64,000 nt of DNA from Myxococcales bacterium (lineage in GTDB: Bacteria; Myxococcota_A; Polyangia; Polyangiales; DASUME01): NCBI GenBank assembly GCA_047601445.1, contig JASGJH010000001.1, forward strand, positions 4,160,001 to 4,224,000, written 5' to 3'. Made by a program: the position numbers and the translations under genes. Shown piece after piece: positions 51,439-60,158 of this stretch (its first letter is position 1; each line of letters starts with the position of its first letter). Under the pieces are notes generated by a model. That model was not told the DNA's origin. It did not search any database and saw only the letters and a program-made list of their open reading frames with translations.

Positions 51439-52878
51439 CTAAAGCCGCGCCAAGCGGAGCCCCACCTTGCCGGAGACACACCCGAGGGGCGTATACGTGT
51501 GGCGAGCTTCGTAGTCGGGGGCGAGCTCGAAGCGGCACCTCGTGAGGAGCCGGTGAAACAGCAGCTTGGCTTCCAGGGTCGCGAGCTGCATGCCAATGCA
51601 CGCGTGGGCCCCGCCGCCGAAAGGCAGGAAGATAGCGGGGTGGCGCTTGTCCTCGGCGCGCTCGGGCGAGAAGCGCTCGGGATCGAAGGCGAGCGGGTTT
51701 TTCCACCAGGCCGCATGCAACCCCAACGGCCCGATGGCGGCGCCCAGGTAGGTGCCAGGCGCGAGCTGGTGGCCGAGGATGGTCGTGGCGCGCAGGGAGC
51801 GACGGGGCAGAGACGAGGTCACTGGATACAGGCGCAAGGACTCCTTCCATGCCCACTCGAACTGCTCGAGGCTCTGGAGTCCGCCACCTTCGAGGGCGTC
51901 GTCCGGCACGCGCTGCGCCTCGCTGCGCAAGCGCTCCTGCCAGTCTTGGTGCTTGGCCAGCAGGTACGCCATGCTGGTGACCGCAGCCGAGGTCGTGTCG
52001 TAGGCCGCCAGCATGATGGTGATGAACAAGCGCGCCAGCGCCTCGTCGCCTGCCTCTCCTTGCGCGCCTCGGCACATGAGCGTGAACAGGTCGCTGCCGG
52101 TCCCCTCCCGACGCTCGCGTGCGAGTCCGGTGAAGAATTCCTTGAGCGTGGTGTAGCCACGGCGCGCACGCCGGAAGCCCGGGCTCCAGCGCGCGTCTTT
52201 GATGAGCGCCTGGGGTCCGTGCCAGGTGTCGGTCAGCGCGCGGTCCACGTGCGCGATCTGCCGCGGGTCGGAGATCCCCGTGAAGATGTCGCTCGCCACC
52301 GCGGCCAGCAGCTTGCGCACCTCGGGCTTGAAATCGATGCGACCACGCTCGAGCCACTCGGGCACGGCCACGTCGATGCGCCGCAGGCCGATCTGCGCAT
52401 AGCCGCGCATGGCCTTGCTGGTGAACGCGGGCTGGAACAGCTTGCGGGCAGCCCGATGCGGGTCGAAATCGAGCGAGAGCAGCGAGCCAGCGTTGCCGCC
52501 CGCAGGGTCAAGTCGCTCGAACATCGTGTTGTCCCAGCCCATGGCCGTCGACCACAGCTGGTCTTCGTTGCGCAGGATCTTCTGCACCTCGTCGGGATCG
52601 TGCACCTCCACGAGCGGCAAGGATGGACTCATGCCGCCGTAGATCTCACCGTACTTCTGACGCAGTGCCTCGAGGTGCCCGGCCCCCTTGCGTGTCATGT
52701 GATAGATGACGCGGATGGCCGCCCAGAAACCGAGCTCGCGCGGTATGCTGTCGGGCAGTGGGACTGCCTGCATGACGCCCGTGGGAGCGCCCGGGTCACC
52801 GATCACGGCGGCCACCTCCGGTGCTACGGCGACGACGGGTTTGCTCCCTGGTTGCATGATGGTGACGCCTTCCGACAT
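51439..52878 (-). CDS. Cytochrome P450
   Basis: I-helix AAYDTT, ESLR (ExxR), FDPERF, heme motif FGGGAHACIG. Confidence 0.95.
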   Translation of the reverse strand: MSEGVTIMQPGSKPVVAVAPEVAAVIGDPGAPTGVMQAVPLPDSIPRELGFWAAIRVIYHMTRKGAGHLEALRQKYGEIYGGMSPSLPLVEVHDPDEVQKILRNEDQLWSTAMGWDNTMFERLDPAGGNAGSLLSLDFDPHRAARKLFQPAFTSKAMRGYAQIGLRRIDVAVPEWLERGRIDFKPEVRKLLAAVASDIFTGISDPRQIAHVDRALTDTWHGPQALIKDARWSPGFRRARRGYTTLKEFFTGLARERREGTGSDLFTLMCRGAQGEAGDEALARLFITIMLAAYDTTSAAVTSMAYLLAKHQDWQERLRSEAQRVPDDALEGGGLQSLEQFEWAWKESLRLYPVTSSLPRRSLRATTILGHQLAPGTYLGAAIGPLGLHAAWWKNPLAFDPERFSPERAEDKRHPAIFLPFGGGAHACIGMQLATLEAKLLFHRLLTRCRFELAPDYEARHTYTPLGCVSGKVGLRLARL

Positions 52879-53399
52879 GGATCGCTGGCTCCTGGCTGGG
52901 CGGATGAATGAAGCGACGCTAGATCGTAGCTTCAAGCGGCCCGCTGGCCCCCCGATCAAAGGGTGATCGCTCCGACCGGCATGCCCAGGTTCACGCCCGG
53001 GCAGATGACCGCCGACAGCGCACCGGCACCGCCGACCCCTTGGAACGAATTCGTTCTGAGGCAGCTGGACGACGCGTTCCGAACAAAGGTGCAGTCAGCG
53101 CAGCGCCCCAAAACGTCAGCGAAAAGCGACGCCAATCATTGCCGATTGATCGGAAACACGAGGAGCGAACTCCGCTGAGAATGCGCGCATTTTCGCGGAA
53201 ACACGCTTCATCCACGAGACTCTTCTCGGGTTTCATCGCACGGACTCGTCGATTTGATGCGTGGCTCCGCCACGAGCGCGCGCGCAAGAACAGCGCGAGC
53301 GCGTGCACGATGAACTTGACTCGGCCTACTTAAATCGCGCATGCGACGGCCTTGAATTGTCCTGACTGAACAGAGGCTACTCAGACCGCGGAGGTCTTC

Positions 53400-54551
53400 A
53401 TGCAAACGTATTCCAATTCGATCGATTCGACCCCGGTTCGGCTAGGCCAAAGTCACGGTTATCGGATCGAAAATGACACCGTCGCCATCAACGCCGACCT
53501 CACCGTCGCGAATGACGTGGCGGGAAGTCAGGCTCAGTGGGCACTGCAGCTCTGGGCTTGTGACGCGCCGTACGCAGGCGGACTTCTCTCGGGCATCAAG
53601 GTCGCTGAGGCGCCGGTGACGCTGTACGAGCTTCCGGAAGCACAGCCGTTGCGCTTCGACGCCCAGACCGCTGCCTGCTTGCCGGGTGGCCAGCGCGAAT
53701 ACTCGATGGTCCTGGTGTTGGCCGCAGGGCAACCTGGTGCCTTTCTAGTGCACGATTTCGCGAACTACCCGGCGCGTGAGCACTTCGCCGGCCCCAAACT
53801 CGCCGGCTCGGTGAGCTACGTGATCGACGGCAGCGAGGTCACGGTCCGCGCGGAGCGTGTGTCGAACACGCGCCCCGTGGACAACTTGAGCGGCTCCCTG
53901 GTGCTCGAGCTGTGGGCACAGTCGATGACCGCCGACGACGTCGCGAGGCACGTGACCTGCCTTGCGCAAGTTCAACTGGGCCGACTCTCTGGGCAGACCA
54001 GCCTCGAAGCCATCGAACAGCGAGTGCCGTTTCAAATTCCCTCTCGCGGCGACTGGAAGCTTTCGCTGCTGCTCCGTGAGTGGACCGCGCATGCTAGCTA
54101 CATCACGCGCGACGCCTGCGACTTCGCGGTGGCCTACGCGGCGGCACCGCTGGCCCCCGTGGTGGAAGCGTTCAGACCCGTCGAGGGCGTGCCGGCCGTC
54201 CAGGCGGCCGTGAATGCCGCTGCGCCAACCCAAGTTGCAGAGCCGTTCCAGGCCCCCGAAGCCGCGGAGCCGACCGAGGCAAGCAAGGCTTCGAAGGGGA
54301 AGAAGGCTCGCGACGGTGCCCGTGCTTCCGCGCGTCGCGCGCCGGCCGCCGCCAATGCCATCGACAGCGATCAGCGCATCTCGATCACGCAAGCGAGCGT
54401 CGAGGAGCTCTCTGCGCTGGAGGGCCTCAGCCGGAAGGTCGCGCTCGAGATCGTCAAATCGCGTCCGTTTGCTTCGATCGACGAGCTGGTTCGGGTACGC
54501 GGCATCGGTCCGCGCATGCTGCAGAATCTGCGCGGCCGTCTGAAGCTCTGA
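53400..54551 (+). CDS. Protein with a duplicated N-terminal beta domain and a C-terminal ComEA-like helix-hairpin-helix
   Basis: ISITQASVEELSALEGL...A..IV..RPF.SIDEL.RVRGIG; two copies of Y.I....V......L[QE]LWA; GGAGG RBS. Confidence 0.8.
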   Translation: MQTYSNSIDSTPVRLGQSHGYRIENDTVAINADLTVANDVAGSQAQWALQLWACDAPYAGGLLSGIKVAEAPVTLYELPEAQPLRFDAQTAACLPGGQREYSMVLVLAAGQPGAFLVHDFANYPAREHFAGPKLAGSVSYVIDGSEVTVRAERVSNTRPVDNLSGSLVLELWAQSMTADDVARHVTCLAQVQLGRLSGQTSLEAIEQRVPFQIPSRGDWKLSLLLREWTAHASYITRDACDFAVAYAAAPLAPVVEAFRPVEGVPAVQAAVNAAAPTQVAEPFQAPEAAEPTEASKASKGKKARDGARASARRAPAAANAIDSDQRISITQASVEELSALEGLSRKVALEIVKSRPFASIDELVRVRGIGPRMLQNLRGRLKL

Positions 54552-54608
54552 GCGCGCGACCGCTGCGTCGGCGCTCAGCGCCTCGGCGCTCCCGTTAGCA
54601 CCGACTCG

Positions 54609-55277
54609 CTACGGCGACGGCGACGGCGCGGCTTGCTGAATCGGCAATTCCACGTCCGCGATCACGTGGATCGGAACCTGGGTCTTATCGTCGACTGCAG
54701 GCGTGTATTCACACCACCCCTGCGTGCAACTGCCGCCCAACGGGCCGCCACAGGGATAGGGGTCGACCAAAGTAGACGAGCGCTTGCTGACCACGTCGCC
54801 CTCGACGCGCACGCGCAGGCGGGAAGATTGGTAGGAGAGGATGTCGTACGACCCGGAAACCCACTCGGGATTGTAGGGGGTCTCGAACCAAACAAAGCTG
54901 CCCGCGGTCTTGTACTTGCGGAAGTTCTCCAGCGAGTATCCCTCGCGCAGGATGCGATCGTCGAACGTGAGCATGAGCCCCCCTTCCAGGAACGAGGCGT
55001 CGTACTCCGTGATGGGTGAATAAGGACCGCCGTTCTCGACGAGCTGATCGGGCGGCGCCGGCGCGCAGGTCTCCTGGCTCTGATTGCAGGTCAGCCGCGC
55101 GCCGAGGGGCGAGCGCACGGTGATCTGCTCCACCTTGTCGAAGCAGGCTTGCGGCTCGCAACGGTCGGCCTGGGTGGCCCCGGAGAGATGCCAGCAGGTT
55201 CGCTTGGGCGACGGCACCTCCGGGGAGCACGCCGAGACGGCGGACAAGGCAAAAAGCAGGGCGAGCGAGCGCGACAT
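54609..55277 (-). CDS. Hypothetical Cys-containing lipoprotein
   Basis: MSRSLALLFALSAVSAC lipobox; several paired Cys. Confidence 0.65.
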   Translation of the reverse strand: MSRSLALLFALSAVSACSPEVPSPKRTCWHLSGATQADRCEPQACFDKVEQITVRSPLGARLTCNQSQETCAPAPPDQLVENGGPYSPITEYDASFLEGGLMLTFDDRILREGYSLENFRKYKTAGSFVWFETPYNPEWVSGSYDILSYQSSRLRVRVEGDVVSKRSSTLVDPYPCGGPLGGSCTQGWCEYTPAVDDKTQVPIHVIADVELPIQQAAPSPSP

Positions 55278-55513
55278 GGGACCTCGTTGGAACGGCGCCA
55301 CTCTTGAACGGGCCTCCCACCCAAGTCAACGAACGGCGCGAGGACGCCAAGAAACCACTATGACTGCAAACGCTCTGATGCAGCATACGGATGCGGCGGC
55401 CGATTTTGATGGGCGGCGTTCGGGGCCTTTACCAGTGCTACAAAAATCCGCTCTCTACGGCCAATTGCCGAAAAAGGTGACTCTTCGCGGAGCTCATCTG
55501 ACAGGCTGCCGCG

Positions 55514-57199
55514 ATGACCGCGTCGTCCTACCTCCGAGCTGCTCGCAGGCATCTCCTCGGCATCTCAGCACTGTGCCTACTCGCCGCCTGCGCGCCCCTC
55601 GACTCGAACACGAGCGACGGCGGGCTCGAGCCGGACACCTCCATGCGCGATCAGCCCCCGGATACGTTGGACGCGCAGGCCGCGGCCAGCGACGCGGGGG
55701 ACGGAGGGCGACCTCAGACCGACGCAGCCCACCCCGCCGATGGCGACGCGGGTGCTTCCGACGCGGGTCCAACGGCGCCGCAGGCCGCCGACCTCGCGTA
55801 CGATGCCTTCACCAAGGTTTTCTTCACGGGCCAGAGCGGCAAGGGCTACTACGTCAACAACTCCGGCACCTCGACCGCTGACGCGTGGTGGACCCAGGCC
55901 GAGCTGATCGAAATGGCGATCGACGCCTACGAGCGACAACCCAGCGCTGCGTATCGCACGCTGATGACGCAGCTCGTGGCCGGATTCGTCGCCAAGCAGG
56001 GCGCTGACTGGACCTACAACGACTTCAACGACGACATCGCCTGGATGGTGATCGCCAGCGCCCGTGCCCACCTCCTGACGAAGAACGCGGATTTCCTGGG
56101 CTACGCCAGGCAGAACTGGGATGCGATGTACACGCGCGCGTCCAGCGCGGACTACGGCGGCGGGCTCTGGTGGAAGGTGAACGGGAACAGTAAGAACGCG
56201 TGCATCAATGGTCCTGGCGCCATCGGCGCCTACTTGCTGTACAAGGCCACCGGCGAGGCGGGCTACCTGCAAAAGGCCAAGGCGCTCTACGCCTGGGAGC
56301 GAGCCACCCTCTTCGACACCAAGACCGGCGCCATCTACGACAACGTCAACCCCAGCGGGGGCGACAAGTGGACCTTCACGTACAACAGCGGCACGTTCAT
56401 CGGCATCGCCAACTTTCTGTTCCAGGAGACGAAGGACAAGGCGTACTTCGATGATGCCAAGCTCGCGGCGGACTTCGTGAAGGGCCAGCTGAGCGACGCT
56501 GAAGGCCTGATCAAGGAGAACGCCATCTCGGGCGACGGCGCCGCGTTCAAGTCGATCATGTTCCGTTGGTTGAGCAAGTTCGTCAAAGACAACCAGCTCG
56601 AGAACGTCTACCTGCCCTGGCTCCAGACCAACGCCAATCGCGCCTGGGCCAATCGCCGGGCCGGCGACAGCATCTCGTGGAACGACTGGAAGCAGGCCAC
56701 GCCGCACGGGATCTTCGACTCGCACGGTGCCATGGCCACCGTGCAGATCCTGCAGGTGGTGCCGCCGGGGGGCACGGACATCGCGTGGTACAACAGCGCT
56801 CCCCAGAATGGCCGCAATCAAGTCGAGGCCGAGAACTGCGACGAGAAGCGCGGAGCGACGACCGAAGCCTCGGAAGCCAGCGGCAAGCAGCTAGGCGGCA
56901 TCGGCAACGACGCCTGGGCGCGCTACGGCCAGGTGGATTTCGGACAGGGCGCCACGATGTTCGATGCGCGCATCTCGGTGGCCCCGGGGGCAGGCGGAAG
57001 CATCGAGATCCACATCGACGCCAAGGATGGTCCCGTGATCGGCACGCTGATGACGCAGTCTACGGGGAGCTGGACCACGTACACGCAGGTGAGCACCTCG
57101 CTCGCCAGCACGAGCGGCGTGCACGATGTCTACCTCGTCTTCAAGACGGGCCCCGGCAGCAGCTTCGTGACCAACCTGAACTGGTTCAAACTTCACTGA
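55514..57199 (+). CDS. GH76 alpha-1,6-mannanase-like lipoprotein with C-terminal CBM6
   Basis: Lipobox LLAAC; WW.QAE, FNDDIAW (catalytic DD), GGLWW, KNAC, FTYN.G, DG..FK.I; CBM6 EAE...VDFG...GVHDVYLVF...NLNWF. Confidence 0.9.
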   Translation: MTASSYLRAARRHLLGISALCLLAACAPLDSNTSDGGLEPDTSMRDQPPDTLDAQAAASDAGDGGRPQTDAAHPADGDAGASDAGPTAPQAADLAYDAFTKVFFTGQSGKGYYVNNSGTSTADAWWTQAELIEMAIDAYERQPSAAYRTLMTQLVAGFVAKQGADWTYNDFNDDIAWMVIASARAHLLTKNADFLGYARQNWDAMYTRASSADYGGGLWWKVNGNSKNACINGPGAIGAYLLYKATGEAGYLQKAKALYAWERATLFDTKTGAIYDNVNPSGGDKWTFTYNSGTFIGIANFLFQETKDKAYFDDAKLAADFVKGQLSDAEGLIKENAISGDGAAFKSIMFRWLSKFVKDNQLENVYLPWLQTNANRAWANRRAGDSISWNDWKQATPHGIFDSHGAMATVQILQVVPPGGTDIAWYNSAPQNGRNQVEAENCDEKRGATTEASEASGKQLGGIGNDAWARYGQVDFGQGATMFDARISVAPGAGGSIEIHIDAKDGPVIGTLMTQSTGSWTTYTQVSTSLASTSGVHDVYLVFKTGPGSSFVTNLNWFKLH

Positions 57200-57222
57200 C
57201 CGACAAGGCAGCGCTGCACCCT

Positions 57223-57316
57223 GAACGGAGCTCGCACCGAACGAACGGAGTGAGCACGCTCGGTCAGCAAACGACCGAGCGCCGCCTGGAAGGCGCCGCA
57301 ACGGAATGCCTCTTGC
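57223..57316 (+). promoter_or_regulatory. Possible sigma54 promoter with upstream tandem direct repeats
   Basis: GAACGGAG at 57223 and 57243 (20-bp period); CGGAATGCCTCTTGC (GG-N10-GC) at 57302-57316. Confidence 0.4.
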
Positions 57317-57347
57317 GTGCCCTGCGCTCGAACCAAGGAGGTCTTCC

Positions 57348-57917
57348 ATGCGAGCAAGTGCTGCGCGAAGCCGTTCATTCCTGCTGCTTTTCAGCGTTTT
57401 TATGCTCACACTATCGGTGAGCGGGTCGACCGCGGTCGCGGATGATGCCGACGAGATCGACCAGAGCGTCGACGAGGCGCTCGAGCGCTTTCGCACACAA
57501 GTCAAGGGCGCGTCGGACTATCTCAGCGCTGCCAACGGGGTGCTCGTGATTCCGGAAGTGAAGAAGATGGGCCTGGTCCTGGCGGGACAGTGGGGCGAGG
57601 GAGCTCTGCGCATCGGCAAGGAGAACACCGCCTACTACAAGATGAACACCGGTTCGCTCGGCTTTCAGGGCGGCTATCAAGAGGCCGACTTCGTGTTCGT
57701 GTTCTTCACCGACAAGGCCCTCGACGACTTCCGGAGAGCCGACAAGTGGACGGTCGGCGCAGAAAGCGGCATTACGATTGTCGAGAAGGGCTTCGGAGGT
57801 TCGGTGGACACGCTCAAGAGTCAAAACCCGGTCGCGGGCTTCGCCTTCGGGAAGAAGGGCCTCATGGCCGGATGGTCGCTGAAAGGCACCAAGTTCACTC
57901 GCTTCACGCCCAAATGA
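57348..57917 (+). CDS. Secreted YSC84/SYLF-domain protein
   Basis: AAGGAGG then ATG 57348; A.GVLVIP.V.K.G...G...GEG.L, GSLGFQ.G, KGLMAG.SL.GTK. Confidence 0.85.
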   Translation: MRASAARSRSFLLLFSVFMLTLSVSGSTAVADDADEIDQSVDEALERFRTQVKGASDYLSAANGVLVIPEVKKMGLVLAGQWGEGALRIGKENTAYYKMNTGSLGFQGGYQEADFVFVFFTDKALDDFRRADKWTVGAESGITIVEKGFGGSVDTLKSQNPVAGFAFGKKGLMAGWSLKGTKFTRFTPK

Positions 57918-58468
57918 CTTGGCGCGTGTCCGTCATCGCCATACTCGTCTTGCTCCTCGGTTCGGGCCTGGTCGTGGCCTGGTTGCTGCGCCGACCCAAG
58001 CCATCTCCAAGCTCGGCGGACGACGGTTGGGAGCACCCTTTCGGGCTCAGCCTCAGCGGCCCGTCCCACGCAAAGCTACCCGCGCCCGACGCCGAGCCGA
58101 CCGTTGCCTACCCTGCGGTGATCACCGCCCAGCTCGCGCTTCCAACCTCGTTGTGGGGCGCCCGCGAGCGCTTACGCCTGGTGCTTCGCAGCGAGGACGG
58201 GCGAACGTGGGAGAACACGTTCGGCGCGCTGGACCAGCCGCTCGGCATCCTGATCGAGCGGGCCTACGAGCCCCCGTCGGACGTGCCCCTCCTGACCGAG
58301 GCACTCCTCGTACCGGATCATGACCGGACCGCCGTCCAGTCCGAGTTTCGCGCCAATATCGCGCTGCTCGATCTGCCGCTCGGTACGCACCTCTTTCACG
58401 CCCGGGCCATGCTCGACGATCTGCGCTCGAACGAGATCACACTCGAGATCAGCGTCGGTGCTCCCTAG
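57914..58468 (+). CDS. Hypothetical membrane-anchored protein
   Basis: ATGA overlap with the upstream stop; N-terminal helix VSVIAILVLLLGSGLVVAWLL. Confidence 0.65.
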   Translation: MTWRVSVIAILVLLLGSGLVVAWLLRRPKPSPSSADDGWEHPFGLSLSGPSHAKLPAPDAEPTVAYPAVITAQLALPTSLWGARERLRLVLRSEDGRTWENTFGALDQPLGILIERAYEPPSDVPLLTEALLVPDHDRTAVQSEFRANIALLDLPLGTHLFHARAMLDDLRSNEITLEISVGAP

Positions 58469-59118
58469 GCGTTCCGCAACACGCGCTGCACGACCCGCTG
58501 ACATAGCGCGGCATCGAACGCATAGACCTGCGGGATCACGTCGTGGAGCTCCTCCAGCCCAGAGCTCGCCCACGAATCCTGAGCACGACGAAGTCGTAAC
58601 TGCACGTTCGCGTCACTCATTCCCAGGCAGGCTGCGACTTGGGCGATGCTCAGCTGCTCGACCCGGGCCAAGGTGAATACGATCCGCTGATCGAGGGGAA
58701 GTTGGTCGAGGCAGCGTTCGAGCATGGCCACCAGCGGATCCGCCGCCTGCGGCGTGACCCCGCCGACCTCCTCCGCTGGCTCGAGAGGTGGAACCGAACG
58801 GCGAAGACGGGGCTGTCGCAGCGCCAGCTGGACGGAGCGTCGACCGAGCCAGGTGCTGAGGTCCACGTAGGACTCGTTCTGCATGAACGCTCGATAGGCC
58901 TCGAGCCAGACATCGCAGGTCACCCGCTCGGCTTGCGCGCCCGAGATGGCCCGCACGCTCCGAAAAACCAAGCGACCGCGCTGGTGGATCAACGACGCGA
59001 GGGCAGCCCTCGATGCAGCGGCGGCACCGCGGTCCTGCTGGACGATGCGGCGCACCAGCCCGCGCTCCGAGGCCGCCGACGACTGCGCTGTTCTGGGTAG
59101 AGATTGTGTGGACGCCAT
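58465..59118 (-). CDS. Divergent ECF-type RNA polymerase sigma factor
   Basis: Region 4 LDQLP...RIVFTL..VEQLS..QVA.CLGMS..NV..RL.RA; weak region 2; short C-terminal extension YAFDAALCQRVV. Confidence 0.75.
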   Translation of the reverse strand: MASTQSLPRTAQSSAASERGLVRRIVQQDRGAAAASRAALASLIHQRGRLVFRSVRAISGAQAERVTCDVWLEAYRAFMQNESYVDLSTWLGRRSVQLALRQPRLRRSVPPLEPAEEVGGVTPQAADPLVAMLERCLDQLPLDQRIVFTLARVEQLSIAQVAACLGMSDANVQLRLRRAQDSWASSGLEELHDVIPQVYAFDAALCQRVVQRVLRNA

Positions 59119-59284
59119 ATTTCCCCAGAGCATCGAGGGCCCAAAACGTTCCCGAGGACGATCCGCTGTAACCTTTTCGCCCCTCGCGACTCCATGGGCG
59201 AAGCGTGACGAGTTCCGCACACGGAGGACCGATGATCGAGCCCACGACGATGGTCAGCGCGGTTGCCCGCATGGCGCCCCGCTG

Positions 59285-59476
59285 ATGCTCGGGCTCTGCC
59301 ATCCAAGCCACCCTGTGTGGCGCCTGGCAGCCGTTGCCTTCCTAGTCGGCGCCACGGCCTTCAGCGTGACAGCCGTTTGGGTACCTCAGCTGGCCGATGT
59401 GGCGCACTGGACGTGGCTCGCGTGCCTGGGGTGCAGCGCGATAGCCGCCTTCAATTTGCTGAAATCATTGGATTAA
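59285..59476 (+). CDS. Possible small two-helix membrane protein (63 aa)
   Basis: 3' end of a longer shadow ORF; WRLAAVAFLVGATAFSVTAVW and WTWLACLGCSAIAAFNLL; no clear RBS. Confidence 0.45.
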   Translation: MLGLCHPSHPVWRLAAVAFLVGATAFSVTAVWVPQLADVAHWTWLACLGCSAIAAFNLLKSLD

Positions 59477-59552
59477 CCTCCGAGCCATCCTTGAGCGCTC
59501 TGACCGGGGTGGTCAGCGCTGGACGTTGAAGGTCGCCACGGCGCAGACCAAA

Positions 59553-60158
59553 ATGGGCGCTCGCCAGATGTTCGAGGCTCACGTCACCGTTTCTTCCCTG
59601 CTGGATGAACGCGCTCTACACGGATGGGCTTGCGAGCGTGGCTTGTCCTCCCTGTGCATCGAGCTGGATCGCGGAGCAACACCGCGGCAGCAGATGGTGA
59701 CAGCGCGCTACGAAGGGGGAATCTCCCAGGCGCTGGCTTCCTTGGAGACGTTGATTCGGGACCTCCGCAGCCTAACGGGTGTGGAGGTACGCCGCTCGAA
59801 GCTCGAGCTCGACTTGCGGAGCGTTCCCTCCGAGCTGCCTTCCCACGCTCGCTACCTCGAGCATCACCTCAAAGTGCGCACGCAGCCGTCGGGGATGTCC
59901 ATGTTGGAGGAGCTCGGTCGCGCCCATGCCGGTCACGTGTCCAAGAACGCCTACAAGAGCTTGGGGGCAGGCCTCGAAGAGCGCTTCCTCACCCAGCGCT
60001 TCCCTCTCGCACAGCGCGCCGACGCGGAGCGTTCGTTGAACGCACTCCGAACGTCGCTGGAGCAACGTGGCTTCGTCGTCCTGAAGAGCGAGCGCGAGGT
60101 GGTACTTCACGACGACAATCTGCAGCTGGACCACGGCTGGATGAAGGCGGCGGTATGA
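59553..60158 (+). CDS. Hypothetical protein translationally coupled to a nucleotidyltransferase; start uncertain
   Basis: FEAHVTV...IELDRG...RSKLE...YLEHHLKV...HVSKNA...ERFLTQR...D.N..LD.GW; ATGA overlap with the next gene. Confidence 0.75.
   Translation: MGARQMFEAHVTVSSLLDERALHGWACERGLSSLCIELDRGATPRQQMVTARYEGGISQALASLETLIRDLRSLTGVEVRRSKLELDLRSVPSELPSHARYLEHHLKVRTQPSGMSMLEELGRAHAGHVSKNAYKSLGAGLEERFLTQRFPLAQRADAERSLNALRTSLEQRGFVVLKSEREVVLHDDNLQLDHGWMKAAV

Noticed and set aside
53365..53385. CTGAAC-containing site upstream of the HhH gene as a myxobacterial LexA box
   Set aside because: Only a half-site matches; the rest disagrees with the consensus as I recall it.
52960..53399. Short ORFs in the P450/HhH intergenic region
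   Set aside because: No motif, RBS or coding-like composition; more likely a divergent promoter region.
59471..59531. attC-like arrangement (TAAC...GTTG about 60 bp apart around a hairpin) before the nucleotidyltransferase pair
   Set aside because: R boxes match poorly, L boxes are not complementary, single occurrence, and no integrase.
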